A stretch of DNA of 64,000 nt from Elusimicrobiota bacterium (GTDB lineage: Bacteria > Elusimicrobiota > Elusimicrobia > UBA1565). Positions 27,125 to 34,075 of the stretch are shown here, one piece after another. A model generated the notes under the pieces. That model had not been told where the DNA came from and did no database searches. It worked only from the letters and a program-made list of their open reading frames with translations. Every line of letters starts with the position of its first letter. Position 1 is the stretch's first letter. The position numbers and the translations under genes are program-made. The stretch is taken from assembly GCA_043827405.1 (NCBI GenBank), contig JBDRPD010000105.1, positions 51,295 to 115,294 on the forward strand. The letters run 5' to 3'.

Positions 27125-28726
27125 TTACTCTTCCCATTTAATAAACGGCTGCTTGATGTCAACCATGGCGTTTACGATGAGCTCGACGAGGCCGCCATAG
27201 ATGATGTTGGAGCGCTCCTTACACTTATAGTACTCCAGGATGTCGCGGAACTGACCCTTGCAGTTTGAGCAGGGCGCGCAGATATACTTCTTGACCTCGG
27301 GCCCCGGCTGGTCGCTGAAGGCTCCGAGCACCTGTTTGAGCTTCTTCCTGCCGCCGACGGCAATGCGCCAGTTCGCGAAGTTGTTGCCGCTCATGATCGC
27401 GAAGCCGCTGCCGCCGCCGCAGCAGTAGTTCTCGACGCCATGCGGCGTCATCTCGCGAAACTGCGGGCAGAGGTAGCGCAGGATGCGCCGCTGCGGCTCG
27501 ACGATTCCCAGGTTGCGGGTGATATTGCAGGGATCATGCAGCGTCACCGGGAAATCGTTCTTCTTGGGGTCGAACTTGATCTTGCCGCTGAAGACGATCT
27601 TTTCGAGCAGCGGCAGACAGCTCTCCCGGTTGACGTTCATGTCGCCGACGAGGATGCGGTCGGCGATAGTCATCATGGCCTTGTGCTGGTGACCGCACTC
27701 GCCCATGACGACCTTCTTGACCTTCAGCTTCTTGGCCGTGCCCATATGCTTGAGGGCGATGCGTGCCAGCTGCATGTCGTCGTAGAACAGCCCGTAGTTC
27801 ACGCCGTCGTAGGACGGCTCAGCGGAAGAGAGCGTCCAGTCGATGCCGGCGGCGTTGAGGATGATGGCGAAGGCCGCAGGGTTCTCCGGCCAGGCCATAA
27901 TCTCGCCCGCGTTATGGATCAGGAGCACCTCGGCCCCTTCCTTGTCCCACGTGGTTTTGGCGTCGAGCCCGCTCTCTTCCGAGAAGTCCTCATCGACGAA
28001 CTCGATATTATCCTTGACCACCATGGGCGTCATGCCCGTCGACGAGCCGACCTCGAGCTGCTGTACCGTCCCCTTTTCATGCAGCTCCTTGGGCGCCCAG
28101 CCGAGCTCCTGGCTGAAGAGCTTGCGCAGCTCATGGTTGATGAGGCCGTTGTCGACGCCCATCGGGCAGGCTTGGGCGCAGCGCCGGCACATGGTGCAGC
28201 GGTAGGCGAGCTCGTAGAGGCGGGTGATGGTCGTCCAGTTGAGGTCGATGTCGCCGTGCTTGAACTTGGCCAGCCATTGCGGCCCGTCCTTGACGTACTT
28301 GTTGACCAGGCGCCTCCACACCTCGGAGCGAAACGTCGGCCGGTAGAGGTCGTTGTTGCCGCTCTCCTCGTAGACGGGGCAGGCGTCATTGCAGGTCTGA
28401 CATTTCGCGCAGTACTCCAACGAGAGCGTCAGGGGCTGCTGAAACGTCCAATTGTTTTCCTTGCTGAGGAGTTTCCCCAGGCCGCTGCGAAACTTCTCAA
28501 CCATCTCCTGCTTCTCTTCCTCGCTTTTGGGCTGCGGCAGGCTGCAGGCAACCACGCCGTCCAGGTTGCAGACGATACTCTCTTTTGTTTCAGGCTTGAT
28601 CTCCTTCCAGACCGGCTCGTCCTTGTCATAGGGCGGCGGCAGCGGGATCAGGTCCTGCATGCTGACGCTGGTCAACGGCGCGGAGCCGTTCTTGCCGAAA
28701 TCTTCTACTCTAAGAGCTTTAGGCAT
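27125..28726 (-). CDS. DsrK-like (Fe-S, CCG-domain) protein
   Basis: CAKCQTCNDACP, CTMCRRCAQACP, GECGH, HDPC, CCGGGSG and PCSNCK. Confidence 0.85.
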   Translation of the reverse strand: MPKALRVEDFGKNGSAPLTSVSMQDLIPLPPPYDKDEPVWKEIKPETKESIVCNLDGVVACSLPQPKSEEEKQEMVEKFRSGLGKLLSKENNWTFQQPLTLSLEYCAKCQTCNDACPVYEESGNNDLYRPTFRSEVWRRLVNKYVKDGPQWLAKFKHGDIDLNWTTITRLYELAYRCTMCRRCAQACPMGVDNGLINHELRKLFSQELGWAPKELHEKGTVQQLEVGSSTGMTPMVVKDNIEFVDEDFSEESGLDAKTTWDKEGAEVLLIHNAGEIMAWPENPAAFAIILNAAGIDWTLSSAEPSYDGVNYGLFYDDMQLARIALKHMGTAKKLKVKKVVMGECGHQHKAMMTIADRILVGDMNVNRESCLPLLEKIVFSGKIKFDPKKNDFPVTLHDPCNITRNLGIVEPQRRILRYLCPQFREMTPHGVENYCCGGGSGFAIMSGNNFANWRIAVGGRKKLKQVLGAFSDQPGPEVKKYICAPCSNCKGQFRDILEYYKCKERSNIIYGGLVELIVNAMVDIKQPFIKWEE

Positions 28727-29606
28727 TCTTCGTCTCCTCCTTCTTCGGCATGTCCGACGTCGCGATGTCGACCCAGTTCTTCTTGCCGTCGGCGCCCAGA
28801 TGCGGCGCCGACCAGGTCACGGTCTGTCCCAGCAGCTGCTTGACCTCTTCCTCCATCGCCGGATTCATGGGCTCGTCGTTCCAGCGAATCTCATGGTAGA
28901 AGAAGTATTTGGCCAGGAAGTGCATCATGTAGGAAAACGGCAGGTAGAGCAGGAAGAACATCCCCGCCGCGATATGCGCCGCGATCGCGCCGCTGACCGC
29001 CATCCCGGTGTTCCCGGAGAAGAAGGCCTTGATAAATCCCGTCATCTCGGCGGTGAAGCTGGTCGTAAAAACGGCGTAAGCTCCGGAAACGAATACCGCC
29101 GCCAGCACCAGCAGGTTGAAAAAAGACGCCGGCGTGGCGAAAGGCTTAAGCTTGGGGTCGAGCAGGCGTTTCAGGAAGAGCCCCACGGTTCCGATCGCGC
29201 CCAGGATATAGCCCGCCGTTCCCAGCAGCAGCGCCAGGCGTTCGGCCGGCGGGAAGGCAAAAGCCGCGAGAAGCAGTGCGCCGGTCATGGCGGTCAGCAG
29301 GTAGAGCCCGAAATGGAACGGGAAGGAGAATATCCACAGCGGGCGGTTATGCTCCCAGACGCCTTTCAGGAAAACGATTTCCTTGAACATGTAGAGGCCT
29401 TCGCTGAGCAGCGATTTTTCGCGCGGCTTGGTCCACCACTCAAACTCCTCCAGGTAGGATCCGCCGTAATGGGCCTTGCCGGCCTCATGCGGTACCGGAG
29501 CGAGCTCCCAGCGCAGGTGCATCGGCATCATCTTGATGCTTAGACCGCGATATACGAAACCGATCGCGAAGACGGCTGTTGCGATGTAGCAGAATATAAG
29601 CAGCAT
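28719..29606 (-). CDS. DsrM/NarI-like membrane cytochrome b
   Basis: PMHLRWELAPVPHE...GGSYLEE..WW, FPFHFG and PFSYMMH; overlaps the DsrK-like gene. Confidence 0.8.
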   Translation of the reverse strand: MLLIFCYIATAVFAIGFVYRGLSIKMMPMHLRWELAPVPHEAGKAHYGGSYLEEFEWWTKPREKSLLSEGLYMFKEIVFLKGVWEHNRPLWIFSFPFHFGLYLLTAMTGALLLAAFAFPPAERLALLLGTAGYILGAIGTVGLFLKRLLDPKLKPFATPASFFNLLVLAAVFVSGAYAVFTTSFTAEMTGFIKAFFSGNTGMAVSGAIAAHIAAGMFFLLYLPFSYMMHFLAKYFFYHEIRWNDEPMNPAMEEEVKQLLGQTVTWSAPHLGADGKKNWVDIATSDMPKKEETKNA

Positions 29607-30122
29607 CTACCCTTCCTCCTCTTTCTTGCTGTCTAGTTTGTCCAGGAACGCCCGTACTTCCTTGCTTATGTCGTCGAGGCCTGAGCGGCCGTAAACGATG
29701 CCCTTGATGTCCTCGGTGCACTGTGAGCCGAAACGATAGACGACGCAGCTGCGGCATTCATTGCCCTTGGGGCTGCAGTTTCCGCCCTTAATCATCCAGC
29801 AAGGCTTCGAGCTGCCCTTATAGGCCGCACACGCCCCACGTCTCTTCTTGCTGCATTCGGCGACTTCCCAGCAAGGCAGGAGAGCCTGCAGCCGACGAAT
29901 GCCCTCCATGTTCAGCCCCAGTTCCTGAATCATGTGGCGGATGATTTTGATGCGGTCCATGTCCTCATGCGAGAACAGGCGGTTTCCGGTGGGCGTGCGA
30001 TAGGGGATGAGTAGTCCTTCGGCCTCGTATTTGCGGATGGCGGAGACCGATAGGCCGGTTTTCGCGGCCAGCGTTCCTATGGATATAACCGGATCGGTGA
30101 GTGTATTGCGCGGCTTTCCCAT
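29607..30122 (-). CDS. MerR-family regulator with a 7-Cys (two CW) domain; paralog of 23635-24165
   Basis: Same HTH and near-identical KPCWMI.GGNCSPKGNECRSCVVYR segment. Confidence 0.88.
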   Translation of the reverse strand: MGKPRNTLTDPVISIGTLAAKTGLSVSAIRKYEAEGLLIPYRTPTGNRLFSHEDMDRIKIIRHMIQELGLNMEGIRRLQALLPCWEVAECSKKRRGACAAYKGSSKPCWMIKGGNCSPKGNECRSCVVYRFGSQCTEDIKGIVYGRSGLDDISKEVRAFLDKLDSKKEEEG

Positions 30123-30137
30123 CCCGCCCTCGGTACC

Positions 30138-30177
30138 CTATACTAAATAGTATAGATAATCTGCACTATGAAATCAA
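30138..30177 (-). promoter_or_regulatory. Promoter with an 18-bp palindromic operator over the -10 box
   Basis: Minus strand TTGATT-17 bp-TATACT; CTATACTA-AA-TAGTATAG at 30138-30155. Confidence 0.65.
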
Positions 30178-30197
30178 TAATGCGATCTCGGTGAGAG

Positions 30198-31055
30198 CTA
30201 GTTTTTGGAGGGAGGAAGCTTCTTTTTCTTCAGCGCTTCGTTCTTCTTGTCGAGCTCTTCTTTTTTCTTTTCCATGACCTCGCCTTTGACCGAGAGAGTC
30301 TTCTCTCCGAATAGGGCGAAGCGCAGCCAGCGGTAGCCGAGGCGCAGGAGCGCCATGTCGTCGGTCCGCACCTTTTCCTGGGTTTCGACATCGATCTCGA
30401 ACTTGTCGAGAAAGCTGCTATTGAAGACGAACTCGCGGAACTTGTCGAGGTGATAGCAGGCCATAAAGAACATCTCAACCTTGCGGGGATCGAGGTTCTG
30501 GCCTTCCAGGAAAAACTTGTGGAGGGTGAGATCTTTGAATTCCTCCCCCATGTCGTTGTATTCGCGGATGCCTTGGTCTTCGACCCAGCTGCCGACGGTC
30601 TGCTCTTTCTTTTCGCAGTGTCCTTTGCAGACCCCTTCGTTTAAGAGGAAATAGAACTCATCGTCGAGCTCCTTATTCCCTTCTTTAGGGGAGGCGAGGC
30701 CCAGCGGATACATCCGGCATGCCCACGGCCGGTCTTGGTAGATGCCGCAGCCCTGCTCGCCGACAAAGTGGCAGGATTTCTTCTCGTTGTCCTGCATCTG
30801 GAGTTGGACGATGGGGTACTTGATCTTCTCGTCGAACGGCATAATGGTGTACTTCTTGAGGAACTCGCCCGACGTCATCTTGAGCGCCTGCTTCATGCGC
30901 AGGATGTCGTAAGGAGTGAGAAAAATGTTGACGTCGGCGCAGCAGGCGTTGAAGCAGGAGACGCCGGGGTGGCAGGAGAAGGTGAACTTGCTGTCCTTGT
31001 CGAGCCGGGGATACTCTTTGAGTATCTCTTCCTTTAGTTTGCGGATAGCTTCCAT
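30198..31055 (-). CDS. YkgJ-family cysteine cluster (CxxxCC) protein
   Basis: F.F.CHPGVSCFNACC, LTPYDILR and C.IY.DRP.ACRMYPLG. Confidence 0.82.
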   Translation of the reverse strand: MEAIRKLKEEILKEYPRLDKDSKFTFSCHPGVSCFNACCADVNIFLTPYDILRMKQALKMTSGEFLKKYTIMPFDEKIKYPIVQLQMQDNEKKSCHFVGEQGCGIYQDRPWACRMYPLGLASPKEGNKELDDEFYFLLNEGVCKGHCEKKEQTVGSWVEDQGIREYNDMGEEFKDLTLHKFFLEGQNLDPRKVEMFFMACYHLDKFREFVFNSSFLDKFEIDVETQEKVRTDDMALLRLGYRWLRFALFGEKTLSVKGEVMEKKKEELDKKNEALKKKKLPPSKN

Positions 31056-31067
31056 GCCTTTCCCCCC

Positions 31068-31334
31068 TTAGTCCTGCTTTACAATGCCGTCCTTGAGCGC
31101 GGCGGCAGACCATACCGGCAGCGGACCTTGTTCGCCGGTTTCGGGGTCATGCCGGTGGCGGTACGATACTTTATGCCGGAACTTCTCCCACATCCATTTC
31201 CAGCCCCCCACAAAGTAGGGGCATGCATCGTTAAAGCAGACGTATTGGTACTCCCCCCAGGATACGCCGTCGGGAGACGCCCATTTGTCCAGCTGCTTGT
31301 CGCAGTGCGGACACTGCGGGATCGTTTCTGCCAT
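31068..31334 (-). CDS. Small zinc-ribbon protein
   Basis: CPHC...YVCFNDACPYF; ATG after AGGA. Confidence 0.7.
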   Translation of the reverse strand: MAETIPQCPHCDKQLDKWASPDGVSWGEYQYVCFNDACPYFVGGWKWMWEKFRHKVSYRHRHDPETGEQGPLPVWSAAALKDGIVKQD

Positions 31335-31352
31335 ATTGTCCTTTGACAACAG

Positions 31353-31383
31353 GTCCTCCAGGCGCGAGATGCGCCTGGAGGAC
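31353..31383 (-). terminator. Hairpin downstream of aprA
   Basis: GTCCTCCAGGCGC-GAGAT-GCGCCTGGAGGAC (13-bp stem). Confidence 0.65.
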
Positions 31384-31413
31384 TTTTGTTGTCTATCTAG
31401 GTGTCTTCTTTAA

Positions 31414-33282
31414 TCAGACGATCGAATGGATCGGACGCTTGTCCATCTTCCACTCATTCTTCGCGGGCTCATAGGTGCAGTTCGCGAACACCTTCCAGTC
31501 CTCCTTCATCTCCGGAAGGTCGGAGCGGAAGTAGTAGCCCGGCCACCGTGTCTCCTCGCGGAACAGGATGGTCCGCATATGGGACTCAGCCTGCCAGCTG
31601 CGATGGATGTTCTCCCACGCCCGCATCAGCTCATGCAGGTTCTCGGCGGCGAGATTATCAGAATCCTCGTGGAGGACCTTGAGAAGCTCGAGCCCCTTGG
31701 TGAGGAGCTTTTCGCTGGTGGTGAAGTTCGTGGAGACGCCTCCGGCGTACTCGTCCATCAGCTTCTGCAGCCGGAACAAGTACTGCTTCGGGCGGATGTA
31801 GCTCGGGTTGACGTCCGGGTCGGTGGTGTCGTTCTTATGCTTCTCCATGATGTCGAGGGGCCTCAGGATGCGCTCCCTAAGCTTCTCGATCACGGCCGCG
31901 TCGACCTCGATCAGGTCGGGATTCTCCTTCGCGTACTTGACCATCGCCTTGCCGGCGATGCGGCCCTCGGTGAAAGAGCCGGAGGAGAACTTGTGGCTGG
32001 ATGCGCCGGAAGCGTCGCCGGCGGCGAACAAGCCCTTTACGGTCGTCATGTTGGTGTAGCCCCAGAAGTAGTCCTTGTGCGCGAGGTCTTCCGGACCGCT
32101 GACCCAGGCGCCGGATGCGCCGGAATGCGAGCCGATGAAGTAGGGCTCGCACGCCGCGATCTCGGACGGGGTCGTTTCCGGCATGGTGTCCGTGGCCGCC
32201 CACAGGATGGCCTGTGAGATGGTCATGTCGAGGAAGTCTTCCCACGCCTCGGACTCGAGCTCCTTGAGCTTCTTCTTCTGCTCCTTGGGGTCAGGGATGG
32301 CCTTGTAGATGTTCTGGATGGCCTCTTCGGTCCGCATGTAGATCGGACCCTTGCCGTCCATGACGTCGAGCATCATGAGCCAGTTGCGCAGGTTCGCCGG
32401 GACCGGCTTGACCTTGCCGTAGGGCTGCCACTTGTCGAGCTCGGCGGCGTTGGTCTGCATGTAGTTCTCGCCGGCGGCATTTGTTGCTCTTGCCTTGAAC
32501 AGCAGGAACCAGGCGCCGACCGGGCCGTACGCGTCCTTGAAGCGGACCGGGATAAACCGCACTTCCTGGCAGGTCATCTCAGCGCCGGCCTTCAGGGTGA
32601 AGTAGGTGCTGGCGCCGGAGTTGAACGGCGGGTACCAGGAGCGTCCCAGACCCTCGCCGCCGGAGCGCGGCTTGAACACGTGCACTGCGCCGCCCATGTT
32701 GCAGAGAACCGCCTTCGCCTTGAAGACGTAGAACTTGTTCTCGCGGGTGCTGAAGCCGACCGCGCCCACGCAGCGGCCGTCCTTGATCAGGGGCTCGACG
32801 GTGAACACGCGCTCGTAGATGTTCTCGGTACCGAGCGCGTTCTTCGCGACCTCGGCGACGATGACCTTGTAGGACTCGCCGTTGATCATCAGCTGCCACC
32901 GGCCTTCGTGAACGTAGCCGCCCTTGTCATCCTTCCAGATGGGGAGGCCCCATTTCTCGAACAGGTGAACCGAGGAGTCAACGTGGCGGGCGATGCTCGC
33001 CACCAGGTCTTCGCGGGTCACGCCCATAAGGTCGTTGCGCACGTACTCGATGTAGTCCTTAAGGGTGTTCTTTCCGTCTTTGACGCCTACGTATTGGTTG
33101 ATGGCTGAGAGGCCCATGGCCACGGCGCCGGAACGATCCATCGCCGCTTTGTCGACCAGGACGACTTTCAGCCCGTGCTTCTTGGCCCAGTAAGCGGTTT
33201 CCACGGCCGCGCCGCAGCCCGCCATACCACCGCCAAGAATCAGGATGTCACTTTTTACTTCGACTGTTTCAAAGTTCGCCAT
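31414..33282 (-). CDS. aprA: Adenylylsulfate reductase alpha subunit
   Basis: DRSGAVAMGLSAIN, GRWQLMINGESYK, RFKDAYGPVGAWFLLFK and HKFSSGSFTEGRI. Confidence 0.97.
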   Translation of the reverse strand: MANFETVEVKSDILILGGGMAGCGAAVETAYWAKKHGLKVVLVDKAAMDRSGAVAMGLSAINQYVGVKDGKNTLKDYIEYVRNDLMGVTREDLVASIARHVDSSVHLFEKWGLPIWKDDKGGYVHEGRWQLMINGESYKVIVAEVAKNALGTENIYERVFTVEPLIKDGRCVGAVGFSTRENKFYVFKAKAVLCNMGGAVHVFKPRSGGEGLGRSWYPPFNSGASTYFTLKAGAEMTCQEVRFIPVRFKDAYGPVGAWFLLFKARATNAAGENYMQTNAAELDKWQPYGKVKPVPANLRNWLMMLDVMDGKGPIYMRTEEAIQNIYKAIPDPKEQKKKLKELESEAWEDFLDMTISQAILWAATDTMPETTPSEIAACEPYFIGSHSGASGAWVSGPEDLAHKDYFWGYTNMTTVKGLFAAGDASGASSHKFSSGSFTEGRIAGKAMVKYAKENPDLIEVDAAVIEKLRERILRPLDIMEKHKNDTTDPDVNPSYIRPKQYLFRLQKLMDEYAGGVSTNFTTSEKLLTKGLELLKVLHEDSDNLAAENLHELMRAWENIHRSWQAESHMRTILFREETRWPGYYFRSDLPEMKEDWKVFANCTYEPAKNEWKMDKRPIHSIV

Positions 33283-33322
33283 TATATATTAGCTCCTTGT
33301 CTCGTTTCCCTGTGGTAGCGGC

Positions 33323-33775
33323 TCAAGCAGCCACGCCCGCTTCGACTTCGGGCAGCTTGTCCATGCCGCAAGACTCCGGCTCGGTGAACAGCAGCTGGCT
33401 GTTGAGGTCGTCGGTCGACTTGAAGCCGCCGTCCGGTACTGCGGACCCCTCAGGGGTGGTCCGGATCGGGAACTTGAAGCGCTTGATCGTGCCGCCGCGG
33501 AATTTGACCGTCCACATGATCGCGTCCGAGCTGCGCATCGGCGTTACGCTGCCGCCCATCGGGACGAAGTCCTGGTAGCCGCGGACTTCGATCGCCTGAA
33601 CCGGGCAGATCTTGACGCAGCACATGCACTCCCAGCACATCTGGGGATCCTGGTTGTAAGCCTTGCTGATTTCCTTATTAAGGACCATTAAGTCGTTAGG
33701 GCAGATATGCTGGCAGGCGGTCTTGTCCAGCGCCTTGCACCCGTCGCACTTGTCCTTGATTACATAACTCGGCAT
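33323..33775 (-). CDS. aprB: Adenylylsulfate reductase beta subunit
   Basis: MPSYV...CDGCKALDKTACQHICPNDLM, CWECMCCVKICP and KRFKFPIRTTPEG. Confidence 0.97.
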   Translation of the reverse strand: MPSYVIKDKCDGCKALDKTACQHICPNDLMVLNKEISKAYNQDPQMCWECMCCVKICPVQAIEVRGYQDFVPMGGSVTPMRSSDAIMWTVKFRGGTIKRFKFPIRTTPEGSAVPDGGFKSTDDLNSQLLFTEPESCGMDKLPEVEAGVAA

Positions 33776-33979
33776 GAGACTCCTCCTTTGAGTTCTTGGT
33801 TGCGTCTGTCCCGTCGCGCGGTGCCGGTCTTATGACCGAGCAGCTTGCCGACTCGGGTACGTCATGCTATTCCTTGTGCGGCTGAGGGAGCCTCGCGGCC
33901 GCTCCCTTCGTGGTTTGCTTAAAAACGTGAGACTTTCGATCTCTGACAGGTACATTTTCGCATTCTGCCGGGAGGGCTC

Positions 33980-34030
33980 TATTGATCTTGGTCAATAAAC
34001 TTTCTTGACCGTAATCATGAAATCTTGATT
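33980..34030. promoter_or_regulatory. Cluster of dyad sites between the divergent aprB and sulP genes, including an FNR/CRP-like box
   Basis: TATTGA-TCTTGG-TCAATA (33980-33997); GGTCAA-N9-TTGACC (33990-34010); AATCATGA-AA-TCTTGATT (34013-34030). Confidence 0.5.
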
Positions 34031-34075
34031 TTTTTGGGACCTAGAATCAGGAAATGATAAGATTCTGGCGTCTCC

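Noticed and set aside
27440..28843. 467-aa plus-strand ORF and similar long antisense ORFs (33992-35086, 14908-16047, 37727-38953, 52978-54261)
   Set aside because: Shadow frames of well-supported genes, with no recognisable motifs
33323..33325. TGA stops of aprB, hmcB and dsrO as selenocysteine codons
   Set aside because: They fall at the expected C-termini, not at conserved Cys positions
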